64,000 nucleotides of DNA from an uncultured Acidobacteriaceae bacterium (GTDB lineage Bacteria; Acidobacteriota; Terriglobia; Bryobacterales; Bryobacteraceae), in the NCBI GenBank assembly GCA_963808405.1, contig CAWEFG010000003.1, positions 44,564 to 108,563 on the forward strand, given 5' to 3'. This document shows, in pieces, positions 37,155 to 47,979 of this stretch (positions are counted from its first letter, which is position 1; the number at the start of each line of letters is the position of its first letter). Below the pieces are notes generated by a model that was given only the letters and a program-made list of their open reading frames with translations, was not told the DNA's origin and ran no database searches. The translations under genes were made by a program, and so were the position numbers.

Positions 37155-38447
37155 ATGATTCGGCGGCGAGCGTTCTTATCTTCCGCAATCGGAGTGGGCG
37201 CTCTCGCTAATGTTGCCGGAGCTCAGCGGCGCGAAACGGACGCAGGACCGCCCGGTACTGTTCCGCCCGCGATCGCAGCTTTGAAGAACAGGCGAGCTGA
37301 AGCGACCCCCATCACCGTGGCCGAGCGCAAGGACCGCTTCGAACGCGCGCGCCAGCTCATGCAGCAGCACAAGATCGATGCCGTTTGCATGATCGGAGGC
37401 ACATCACTCGCTTATTTCACGGGCATTCGCTGGGGCAACAGCGAACGGCTGTTTGCATTGGTGGTACCGCAGAAAGGCAATCCCTTGTACGTCAGTCCGT
37501 CGTTTGAGGAGGACCGGGCCAAGGAACAGATTGCGCAAGCGCCAGATGGCGATTCCTCACGGGTTTTAACGTGGCAGGAAGATCAGAATCCGTACTCACT
37601 TGTGGCTCAGGGACTGAAAGACGCCGGCGTGAGGACAGGGCGCATCGGCATTGAGGAGCGCACCACATTTGTGTTTTCCGATGGCATTGCCAAGGCTAAT
37701 CCCGGAGCGGAAATCGTCAGCGCCACGCCGGTCACGGCGGGATGCCGAATGATCAAGAGCCCCGCCGAGATTGCATTAATGCGGCTGGCGGCGCAGGTTT
37801 CCCTCGCGGCCTACGAGGCGGCATGGAAGAGCTTGGAACCTGGCATGACGCAGAACCAATTCGGCGGATTGGTCACGGCGGCACACCGGCAACTCGGTTT
37901 CACCGGGGAAGCAAGCATACAGGCGGGAGAGTATTCGGCCTTGCCGCATGGATCGCGAACGCCACAGACGATTCGCGAGGGCACTGTCTTGCTTATGGAT
38001 GGCGGGTGCAGCGTGGAAGGCTATGCGTCCGATATCAGCCGCACATTCGTGCTGGGCAAAGCGACGGATAAAATGAAGCGCGTTTTCGCCATCGTGCACC
38101 AGGCGCAAACAGCGGCTGTGAAGACAGCGCGGCCGGGCCCGCCGGCAGGCGATGTGGATGCCGCAGCGCGAAAGGTGATTACCGACGCCGGTTACGGACC
38201 GGGGTACAAATACTTCAAGCACCGGGTGGGCCATGGAATGGGCATGGATGGACACGAGTGGCCCTATTTAGTGAAAGGCAACCCGCTTCCCCTCGAAGCG
38301 GAGATGACTTTCAGCGATGAGCCCGGCATTTACATACGCGGTGAGTTCGGCGTGCGGCTCGAAGACGACATGCACATCACCAATGCCGGCGCGGAATTGT
38401 TTACCCCGCAGAGTCCATCGCCCGAACAGCCGTTCGCGAGAGTCTAA
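37155..38447 (+). CDS. M24-family Xaa-Pro peptidase with twin-arginine signal peptide
   Basis: MIRRRAFLSSAIGVGALANVAGA (RRxFL). M24 core LLMDGGCSVEGYASDISRTF, HRVGHGMGMDGHEWPYL, SDEPGIY, GVRLEDDMHIT. Confidence 0.85.
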   Translation: MIRRRAFLSSAIGVGALANVAGAQRRETDAGPPGTVPPAIAALKNRRAEATPITVAERKDRFERARQLMQQHKIDAVCMIGGTSLAYFTGIRWGNSERLFALVVPQKGNPLYVSPSFEEDRAKEQIAQAPDGDSSRVLTWQEDQNPYSLVAQGLKDAGVRTGRIGIEERTTFVFSDGIAKANPGAEIVSATPVTAGCRMIKSPAEIALMRLAAQVSLAAYEAAWKSLEPGMTQNQFGGLVTAAHRQLGFTGEASIQAGEYSALPHGSRTPQTIREGTVLLMDGGCSVEGYASDISRTFVLGKATDKMKRVFAIVHQAQTAAVKTARPGPPAGDVDAAARKVITDAGYGPGYKYFKHRVGHGMGMDGHEWPYLVKGNPLPLEAEMTFSDEPGIYIRGEFGVRLEDDMHITNAGAELFTPQSPSPEQPFARV

Positions 38448-39082
38448 GCGCCGCGCGTTCGAGCGCGAATCTCGAGCAACGTCCGATGACCCAGGCCATC
38501 GGGCAGCTCGTAGCGGCAGAGCACGCCCACGGTGACAGGATGCTTCTTTGCCTCGGCCAAATCGCTTTCCACGTCTGGTCCCTTATAAAGAATGATGCGA
38601 GTACCCTCCCGAAGAGCCTTGCTGAATAGCTCCAGGATGCGCGTCATGGGCGCGACGGCTCGGGCTGCGATAATGTCCGGGTGCCGCCAGGCTGCGCGTT
38701 CTTCGGCACGCTGGGCGACGACATGCACGTTGGGCAATTCCAGAGACTCTACCGCGGAATCGACAAAGCGCGCCTTCTTCTGAGTCGATTCGGAAAGAGT
38801 GAAGCGGATTTCCGGCAGTGCGAGTGAAAGCGGAATGCCGGGGAAGCCCGCGCCCGTGCCTGCGTCCAGAACCCGCTTTACTCCGCAGAAGTGCCGCCAG
38901 GGAGCAACCGAATCGTAAACGTGTTTGATAGCCGCTTGCTGCGGACTGGTGATCCGCGTGAGATTCATGTACTCGTTGGTCGACACGATCAGACGCAAGT
39001 GTTGCGCCGCCTTCAAAATGAGCCGATCCCGATGAGGGATATCGGGCGGCAACACCCGCGCAAGCTCCTCTTCGAACTGCAC
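38444..39082 (-). CDS. rsmG: 16S rRNA (guanine527-N7)-methyltransferase RsmG
   Basis: 212 aa. NLTRITSPQQAAIKHVYDS and VLDAGTGAGFPGIPLSL (SAM-binding motif) are typical of GidB/RsmG. Confidence 0.85.
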   Translation of the reverse strand: MQFEEELARVLPPDIPHRDRLILKAAQHLRLIVSTNEYMNLTRITSPQQAAIKHVYDSVAPWRHFCGVKRVLDAGTGAGFPGIPLSLALPEIRFTLSESTQKKARFVDSAVESLELPNVHVVAQRAEERAAWRHPDIIAARAVAPMTRILELFSKALREGTRIILYKGPDVESDLAEAKKHPVTVGVLCRYELPDGLGHRTLLEIRARTRGA

Positions 39083-39117
39083 ATCCGAATGATCGCATTC
39101 GGCGACACTAGGGGTGA

Positions 39118-40221
39118 ATGTTAAGAGCTGGAATTATAGGGCTTCCCAACGTGGGGAAGAGCACCCTGTTCAACGCCGTCACGCAGACGCGCAAGGCCAT
39201 GGCGGCGAATTACCGGTTTTGCACTATCGAGCCCAACACAGGCGTGGTCACAGTGCCGGACGATCGATTAGACGTACTTGCAAAGATCAGCTCATCACAG
39301 AAGATCGTGCCGGCCGTGTTTGAGTTTGTCGATATCGCAGGACTGGTGAAGGGCGCGAGCAAGGGTGAAGGGCTGGGCAACCAGTTTCTTGGCCATATAC
39401 GCGAAGTGGACGCGATTATCCAGGTGGTCCGCTGTTTTGAGAATTCGAATATCGAGCACGTTATGGATACAATCGACCCGGTTCGCGATATCGAAATCGT
39501 GAACACGGAGCTCGTGCTCGCAGATTTGGAGGCGGTGGAGAAGAGGAAAGCGAAACAACAGAAGACGGCAAAAAGCGGCGACAAGAAGGCGCTTGCGGAA
39601 GTGGATCTCCTCGAAAAACTCGAGAAGCACCTGAACACGGGGAAAACGGCTGTAACGCTCGGGCTGACGCCGGAGGAAAAAACGGCGCTGAAAGGGTTCT
39701 TTCTACTGACCGCGAAGCCGACATTGTTCGCGTGCAATGTGGCCGAAGAAGATCTTGGCACGGCGGACAGTAACGAGTTCGTCCGCAGAGTGCGCTCGTA
39801 TGTAGCCGAACATCACGATACCAGCGCGGTGGTGGTGTCCGCCGAGATTGAATCGGAACTCGCCAGCTTGTCGCCGCAAGACCGCGCTGAATATCTGCAG
39901 AGCCTCGGAGTGGCCGATACGGGCGTGGGCAACTTAATTCAGGAGGCGTACCGGCTGCTTGGATTGCGCACCTTCCTGACCACCGGCGAGAAAGAAAGCC
40001 GCGCCTGGACCATTCATGCGGGCGACAAAGCGCCGCAAGCCGCGGGCGTGATTCACTCGGATTTTGAAAAGAGCTTCATCTCTGCGGAGTGCGTCTCTTA
40101 CGAAGACCTGGTAGAGCTCGGCTCATTCGCGCGAGCGCGCGAGCTTGGAAAACTGCGCACAGAAGGTAAGGAATATATAGTGCAGGACGGCGACGTCATC
40201 GAGTTCAAGACCTTCCTTTAG
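39118..40221 (+). CDS. ychF: Redox-regulated ribosome-binding ATPase YchF
   Basis: GIIGLPNVGKSTLFNA, FVDIAGLVKGASKGEGLGNQFL, C-terminal TGS-like domain ...YIVQDGDVIEFKTFL. 367 aa. Confidence 0.92.
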   Translation: MLRAGIIGLPNVGKSTLFNAVTQTRKAMAANYRFCTIEPNTGVVTVPDDRLDVLAKISSSQKIVPAVFEFVDIAGLVKGASKGEGLGNQFLGHIREVDAIIQVVRCFENSNIEHVMDTIDPVRDIEIVNTELVLADLEAVEKRKAKQQKTAKSGDKKALAEVDLLEKLEKHLNTGKTAVTLGLTPEEKTALKGFFLLTAKPTLFACNVAEEDLGTADSNEFVRRVRSYVAEHHDTSAVVVSAEIESELASLSPQDRAEYLQSLGVADTGVGNLIQEAYRLLGLRTFLTTGEKESRAWTIHAGDKAPQAAGVIHSDFEKSFISAECVSYEDLVELGSFARARELGKLRTEGKEYIVQDGDVIEFKTFL

Positions 40222-40234
40222 GACCTGGCGCGGC

Positions 40235-42433
40235 CTACTTTTGCTGATCGAAGAGCTCGGACCGGGACACGCGCTCGCCGCGAAACATCACCAGTGAAAT
40301 TCGTTCTGTGTTCGAGATATCCTGCAGCGGGTCTCCGTCGAGCAGAACCATCGTAGCGTCGCGACCGGGCTGAATGGAGCCGATGCGGTCCTCCGCCCGC
40401 AGCACCTTCGCAGCGTTGTATGTCGCAGCTTGCAGCGCAACCGCTGAAGGGATGCCGGCCTTCACCCAAAGCTCCAGCTCGTGCTGAACGGTCGGTCCGT
40501 GAATGACCAGCAAGTTTCCGGCATCGCTGCCGGTAATCAACAGCACTCCCGCTTTATAGGCATTCATGAGATTTTGATTCAGCCGCTCGAGGAAACCCTT
40601 GAAATGCTCGGGAGGCTCGGGCTTCTGCTTTAAAAGCATGTCGCGAGTTGAGTTCAGAAGATCGGTCGGACCGACTTGCAGTACGAGAGAGCGGTTTAGC
40701 GGCTCCGGGTTCGACGTCCTCAAATCGACCAAAGCTTCGAAGACGCTCAGTGTAGGATCGTACGCGATCCCCTTCGTCCTCATTTCCACAAAAGTTGCGG
40801 GCGGAATAAGATCGATCATCGAGCCGTGTTCGACGCTGCTGGTACCGGCATCGGCTGCATCTTTCACATCAGCGGCATTGCCGGTATGGGTTGCTGACGG
40901 GATATTGTCCTTGATCGCCTCGGAAATAACGGCGTCATAGATTCCGGTATCGAGCCTGTTGAACAGGCCCCACTCCGAGTTCCCGGCTTCAAGAACGGCC
41001 TTTATGCAGTCGACTCCCGCCTTTTTGAGATCGTCTACTTGCTTGCGCGCTTCATCCGCGGATTTCGGCAAGCGTACGAACTGCTGCCGCGCAGTGTTTT
41101 TTTGCGTGTCGGGAATGTACTTCAGCAATTCCATTGGATGGCCGCCTTCCGCTGTAAAAAGAGGACCGCACGCAAAGAATTGAGCGTCCAGATATTGGCC
41201 GGAATTGACTAGTCTGCGGAGTTTAAGCGAAGCGTCCAGCCAGTCTCCGGTGCTTCTTACGGCCGTGACGCCGCTGTAGAGATAAGCAGCAAGCCTGCGC
41301 CTCTCAGCGTTCGGATCGGCATACTTGGAGACGTCGCTATACAGGCCGCCCGGCGCGCCGATGTGGACATGCATATCGATCATGCCCGGCATTAGAGTTT
41401 TGCCGGCAGCCTCTATCACGTCGGCGTCGAAAGACTTGGTGTCGCTTGGAGGCGTCTGAAATACCCGGGCGATTTTCCCGTTTCTCACGAGCACTGCGCC
41501 GCTGCGGATGATGGTGCCATTACCGACGAAGATGGTCGGGTTCTGAAACAGAACAGAGCGGTTGCGCTGGGCATTGCGAAACAAAATTTTGGCTTTCTCG
41601 ATGTTTTGTTTCGTCCGGGCCTGGTAGATGCCCATCACGAGGAACGGGGCGAGCACAGCCAGAATCCAGAGCTTCGATGCGCCGCTGATCTTTTCTTCCT
41701 TTTCCCAGCGGAAGAGCTTGATGCCGACGAATAAGGCGACGGCCAACGTGATCAACAGCGCTACAACCGAGAGAAGATTCGCCCAGACGCCTTCGCCGCC
41801 GATCATGATCGACTGCATGCCCTGATACAGATAAGTGGCGGGCATGAACTGCGCGATGACTTGAACCCAGATGGGCATGATGCTGACGGGGAATGTCGCG
41901 CCGCTGAGAAACAGCATCGGCAGATATAAGAGCTGGGTCAAAAATCCGCGCTTCCTGCGCGGAATTCACGACTGCCGCGATGATCATGCCCATCGAGCGA
42001 AACGCGACCACACCGATGCCCACGAACACAAAGACTGAGAAATGTTCTGCGGCACCGGCATGTGATAAAATGAGCCTGGCGAAAAACAAGAAGAGAAACA
42101 CGGACGGGAGAAAAGCCACCAGGCCCGACACTCAGCGATGCAACGATAATGGGCGCGGCATCACGGGGGCGACTTTGAACCGCCGCAAGACATTGGTTTC
42201 GCGATCCTGCACCGCGCGCATGCCCGCCCCGAAGAAACCGTTCCCCAGGACGCCGATGATCAGCACCATCGAGATCACCTGCGCCATCGCGGCCGGACTT
42301 TCCTTGGCATCGAACAATTGCGCAAACAGGAAGAAAAAAACCAGCGGGAAAAGATAGCTGAAGAATAGGATGGAGCGGTCACGCCCCATCAAGCCGCAGA
42401 TTGCTTCTGCATCTGAGCGATATAGGGTCTCAT
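40235..42433 (-). pseudogene. ABC-2-type permease fused via an extra TM helix to an amidohydrolase domain; N-terminal ~165 codons disrupted by several frameshifts
   Basis: ORF 40235..41941 is continuous. It contains the permease C-terminal TMs (LYLPMLFLSGATFP...FMPATYLYQGMQ...IKLFRWEKEEK), an additional TM (LWILAVLAPFLVMGIY), and an amidohydrolase (MPGMIDMHVHIG ... ITGSDAGN ... DRIGSIQPGRDATMVLLDGDP). Earlier permease parts lie in two other frames (ORFs 41520..42131 and 42132..42392). A likely ATG at 42433 overlaps the ATPase stop (TAATG). Confidence 0.65.
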
Positions 42434-43364
42434 TATTCGCGCAGCTTCTTTCCAGTCAGTTCGATAAATACATCTTCGAGTGTCGGACGCTTCATATGGA
42501 TGTCGACCAGCCGCAGATTCTGTTGATCGATCCATTTGACAAGTTCAACTATAAGCGCCGCTGCCGAGTCGGTCTGCACGGAAAGCGTGCGGCCGTCGTC
42601 GCGAGTAACGTATTTCTCTTTTCGCAAGCCCATCGGGAATCTGGTCAAGCGGCATGGGTTCGTTCGTCGTTACCTCGACAAGCGTATGGCCTAAGACGCG
42701 CTGCTGAATTTCCCGCGGCGTACCGAGCTCGATGATCTTGCCCGCATCGATGATCGCCACGCGGTCGCAAAGCCGTTCGGCTTCCTCGATGTAATGCGTG
42801 GTGATGAGAATCGAGCGGCGATTTTCTTTCAACTCTTGAATGACGCCGTGAATCTCGTGCCGCACCTGCGGGTCGAGCCCCGTGGTCGGCTCGTCCAGAA
42901 ACAACAGCGTGGGCTCATTCAGTAGCGCCAGCGCTAACGCGACACGCTGCTTCTGGCCGCCCGAAAGCGATTTATAAAAGGCATCTTTCTTGTCCCAAAG
43001 TTGAAGGCGCTTCAGCAACGCCATCGCGATCGGTGTGCTGGTCGTAGAAAGCATCGAAGAGCTCGAGCGCCTCATGGACTTTCATTTTGTCCGGGAGGTT
43101 AGTGGCTTGCAGGCACACGCCTATACGGTTCTTGATCTCTTTGCGGCTGGAGGGCCGGGTCGAATCCGAGCACAGAGACTTCCCCGCTTGTCCGCGGGCG
43201 CAGTCCTTCCAGAATTTCGATGGTGGTAGTCTTCCCTGCGCCGTTCGGTCCGAGCAGTCCGAAGACTTCGCCCCTGCCGACTTCGAGATCGATTCCGCTG
43301 ACAGCCTCAAAATCGCCATAGGATTTGTGCAGGTCTGCACGGAGATTGCAAGCGAGTCGTTCAT
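42433..43364 (-). pseudogene. ABC transporter ATP-binding protein, disrupted by at least 4 frameshifts
   Basis: Start is MNDSLAISV (ATG 43364). Walker A GLLGPNGAGKTTTIEIL is readable only in a frame not listed as an ORF (about 43222-43260). LSGGQKQRVALALALLNEPTLLFLDEPTTGLD lies in ORF 42545..43075. C-terminal RPTLEDVFIELTGKKLRE lies in ORF 42433..42648. Confidence 0.8.
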
Positions 43365-43476
43365 CTGATGGCTGAGTTCTAGTACAGTATGCACGATCGT
43401 TACCCGACGAAGCACGGACAAAGTTCGCCGCGGATCAGGTCTATACGGTAGACGTCTCGCCGCATGATGCGAAGGC

Positions 43477-44669
<1,193 letters not shown>

Positions 44670-44709
44670 TCCGATATGAAAATTCGTCGCGAGAAGATCA
44701 TCAATACGG

Positions 44710-46470
44710 CTAAAGGACCCTCATCGCGATCAGGGTTTGATCGTCGGTCAGAGGCGTCGGGCCGCGGAACACGTCGATATCTTCAAAGATCGGCGTTCAC
44801 GATCTGGCTGCGGAGTCTGCTGCAGCTGCGATTTCATAAGCTGTTTCAGACGCTCCGCTCCATACTCCTTCAATTTCGCTTCTGCCAGTTGATCCTCTAC
44901 GCCGTCGGAGTACAGCAGGACAAGATCGTCCGGTTGAGCCACAAGCTGGACTTGGTCGTACTCCTGATCATCGAGCAGGCCGATGGGAACTCCTTCCGCT
45001 CGGATTCGATAATCTCTCCATTGCGGCAAATCATCGGCGGCAGAGTGCCGGCGCTCGCGACCGTGAATGTCCGCAGTTCGGGAGTCCCACAACACCAGGG
45101 AGAGCGTGGCATACTGCGCGTCCACTCTGCGCTCGAGCAACGCTTCGTTCAGCACTTCATCAGTTGCGCGGGGTGCGGCGGCTGGAGCGCGAGAATGCGC
45201 AGCAATCCGGAAATCAGCGCGCCGTAGAGAGCCGCGGCCGCGCCTTTTCCGCTCACATCGCCAAACGCGATGAGAGTGTATTCGTCGTTGTGCTCGAAAA
45301 AGTCGTATAGGTCGCCGCTGATCTCGCGAGCGGGCTGGCTCTGATGCCGATATCGAGCCCGATAACGTCCGAGACGTGCTGCGGCAGCAGAACGGACTGC
45401 AGTTTGTAAGCGGCCTTCAGATCCTGCTCCATCCGCTGTTCGCGCTGCGCCAGTTCTTCATACAAGCGCGCATTCTCGACCGACGTGGCGATCTGCGGAG
45501 CAAGCAAGCTAAGTGCTCGCGCATGATCTTCGGTGAAGAAGCTGGCGCGGACGCTCTCCAGATCCATGACTCCAATAACGCGGTCGCTGCAGGATCAGCG
45601 GAACGGCGACTTCCGAACGGATATCGGGGTGCGACGCGATATACCGCGGATCCTGCGTCACGTCGGCCACGCGGATCACCTGGCGGACTTGCGGCTGCAC
45701 CGCCGGTCAGCCCTTGCCGAACTCGATGTTGTCGACCGTGACCATTTCTGGTCGTAGCGCTGGCTGAAGCGGCACCGCAGCAAGCTTGCGATCCTCGTCG
45801 ACGAGAAAAATGCTAGAACGCATCGAAGTTGATGAGGGCGCGAATCGTGACCGCAATTTTAGTCAGCAGTTCGTCGATGTCGAGAATGGAGCTGAACTCC
45901 TGTGAGAGATGCGTGAGAACTCTCAGCGTGCGATTCTGGCGTTCGACGCGGCGATACAGGCGGGCATTGTCGATCGCGACGCCCACGCGGCTGGCGATCA
46001 GAGAAGTAGAGCGCGATCCTGCTCAGAAAATGCGTTCAGGCGCGTGGACTGCAGATCGATAACGCCGACCAGCTTGCCGCGCATGATCATCGGGACGGCG
46101 AGTTCCGCGCGCACCGCGTCGAGCGCGTTCAAATAGCGCGGGTCGGTCCGCACGTCGCGAACCAGATCGGCTGGCGGGATGGCGGCGGCGGAACCGGTGA
46201 TGCCTTCATTCGAGCCGAATGGAAAGATTCTTCGCTACCTCGTCGCGGTGGCCGATGGAGTAGCGCATGCTGCAGAGCGCGCGTGCGTTCGTTATAAAGC
46301 AGGATCGCGAAGAGCTCGTACGGGATGACGTCCTTGACGATTTCGGCTACATTCGCAAGCAGGCGATCGAGATCGAGCGTTTCCGGAGTGACCGAACTGA
46401 CCTCAAGCAGAAAATCGAGAAGCTCGGCGCGTTCCTGGAAGCGCACCTGGGCTTTACGAGGAGCAGGCAT
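44710..46470 (-). pseudogene. GAF-GAF-PP2C(SpoIIE)-type phosphatase, disrupted by numerous frameshifts
   Basis: Fragments in different frames. GAF1: LDRLLANVAEIVKDVIPYELFAILLYNERTRAL / RYSIGHRDEVAKNLSIRL / VRDVRTDPRYLNALDAVRAELAVPMIMRGKLVGVIDLQS. GAF2: VRQVIRVADVTQDPRYIASHPDIRSEVAVPLILQ / MDLESVRASFFTEDHARALSLLAPQIATSVENARLYEEL. SpoIIE: KLQSVLLPQ, LVLLYSDGVEDQ, C-terminal IFEDIDVFRGPTPLTDDQTLIAMRVL. Confidence 0.75.
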
Positions 46471-46480
46471 TCGTTAATAG

Positions 46481-47356
46481 CTAGTCGAGATGGCCGCCGG
46501 GAACGTTTGCTCCGCTGAGGCGAAGCGGCGCATCGAGTACATCTAGCACTGGAAGCTCGCGCAGAATGCTCACGCCCGAGCTGGTGCCGATGCGATTTGC
46601 GCCGGCGCCTACCATTTGACGAAGCGCTTCGAGCGTGCGCACCCCACCCGATGCTTTGACCCCAATAGACTCGCCCACTGCCTCGCGCATAAGGCGCACG
46701 TCTTCAACAGTCGCGCCGCCCGATGAAAAGCCGGTCGATGTCTTAACGAAGTCGGCGTTAGTTTCCCGCGCCAGACGGCAAGCGGCGAGCTTCTCCTCAC
46801 GATTGAGCAGACAGGTTTCAAAAATCACTTTCAAGATCGCGCCGCGAGCATGCGCTGCTTCGGCGACCTGTGCGATCTCTGTTCCGACTAACTGGAAATT
46901 TTGGGAGCGCAACGCCCCGATGTTCTGGACCATGTCGATCTCGTGCGCGCCTTCATTTAATGCAAGCTCGGCCTCGGCGAACTTAATGCGCATCTGGTTG
47001 GCGCCGAGCGGAAAGCCGATGACCGTGCAGACACGCACGGGAGAACCGCCCAGCGCCGCGGCCGCGAGCGGAACCCAGCAGGGATTCACGCAGACGGAAG
47101 CAAAGCCGAACCGACGAGCTTCTTCACAGACGCGTATGATATCCGCCTGCGTCGCCTCCGGCTTTAATAGCGTGTGATCGATGAGTGAGGCTATGGCTGC
47201 CGGATTGTCCAGATTGTCGTTCAGGTTCACAGTTTTTCGCGGATGCCGAGGCGAGATTTGGGCGCGTGTAGCACCCATTTGCGTCAAGGATAACATGCGC
47301 GTCCTGCAAGGCACGCCGCTATCTAAGTAGGCGACGAATGTGCACGGCGCCTGCAT
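46481..47356 (-). CDS. deoC: Deoxyribose-phosphate aldolase
   Basis: [32 protein letters not shown] (Schiff-base Lys), [10 protein letters not shown]. The true start is more likely an internal ATG (47296 or 47278), because DeoC is usually about 220-260 aa. Confidence 0.85.
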   Translation of the reverse strand: MQAPCTFVAYLDSGVPCRTRMLSLTQMGATRAQISPRHPRKTVNLNDNLDNPAAIASLIDHTLLKPEATQADIIRVCEEARRFGFASVCVNPCWVPLAAAALGGSPVRVCTVIGFPLGANQMRIKFAEAELALNEGAHEIDMVQNIGALRSQNFQLVGTEIAQVAEAAHARGAILKVIFETCLLNREEKLAACRLARETNADFVKTSTGFSSGGATVEDVRLMREAVGESIGVKASGGVRTLEALRQMVGAGANRIGTSSGVSILRELPVLDVLDAPLRLSGANVPGGHLD

Positions 47357-47504
47357 AAATCAGCAGGTACGCAACCGTGAACGGCGCGATCAGGAGCTCG
47401 CCAGTCAACCGAGCCAGCTTCATCGGCTTCGGAATGCGAATACGGCTCGCGAGCATCGCCCGTGCCATGCGGCGCGCGCTATTGACCCCGTCAGCGTCAG
47501 CCAT
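47319..47504 (-). CDS. Candidate 61-aa single-TM small protein, translationally coupled to the DinB gene
   Basis: ATG 47504 overlaps the DinB stop (ATGGCTGA). Hydrophobic helix [18 protein letters not shown]. Ends before the internal deoC start candidates. No homology recognised. Confidence 0.3.
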   Translation of the reverse strand: MADADGVNSARRMARAMLASRIRIPKPMKLARLTGELLIAPFTVAYLLIYAGAVHIRRLLR

Positions 47505-47979
47505 TGGGCAGCAACATCTTTTTCAAGAACACGAGCTGGCCAAGATGGTAGGAATTATGTGACGCAACCAGCAGCGCCTCGCGCAGGAGCGTCTGCCCAT
47601 CGCCGTGCTCGAACAGCTTGAATAGATATCGCCGATCATTCTGTACGAGTTTCTCCAGCTCCCGCGTATCGTTCTGAAAACCTCTAATGCTATCGTCCCA
47701 GGCTTTTGCGTCGGGAGGAGCTTCAGTCGCGGGCCAGTATCCTTCCGGCCACTTTGGAGATTCATGTTTGGGATCACGCGAAAAGTCGAGAATGTCCCGT
47801 TGCGCGAGTCGCATATGCTCGAGCAGCTGCCAGGCCGTGTGCGGAGCGCCGGATCGTTTGCTGCCGCGAAGCTTAGGCGGAAAATCCTTTACCGCGGAAT
47901 CGAACTCGATGTGAGCATTCTGCCCGCGCATCGCGTCTACCAGCATCCGGTAGAGAAATTCAGATTCTTTATCGCTCAT
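47497..47979 (-). CDS. DinB-family (DinB_2/YfiT-like) protein
   Basis: 160 aa four-helix-bundle pattern with His residues in WQLLEHMRLAQRDI and LLVASHNSYHLGQLV. ATGA overlap with the OM factor gene. Confidence 0.75.
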   Translation of the reverse strand: MSDKESEFLYRMLVDAMRGQNAHIEFDSAVKDFPPKLRGSKRSGAPHTAWQLLEHMRLAQRDILDFSRDPKHESPKWPEGYWPATEAPPDAKAWDDSIRGFQNDTRELEKLVQNDRRYLFKLFEHGDGQTLLREALLVASHNSYHLGQLVFLKKMLLPNG

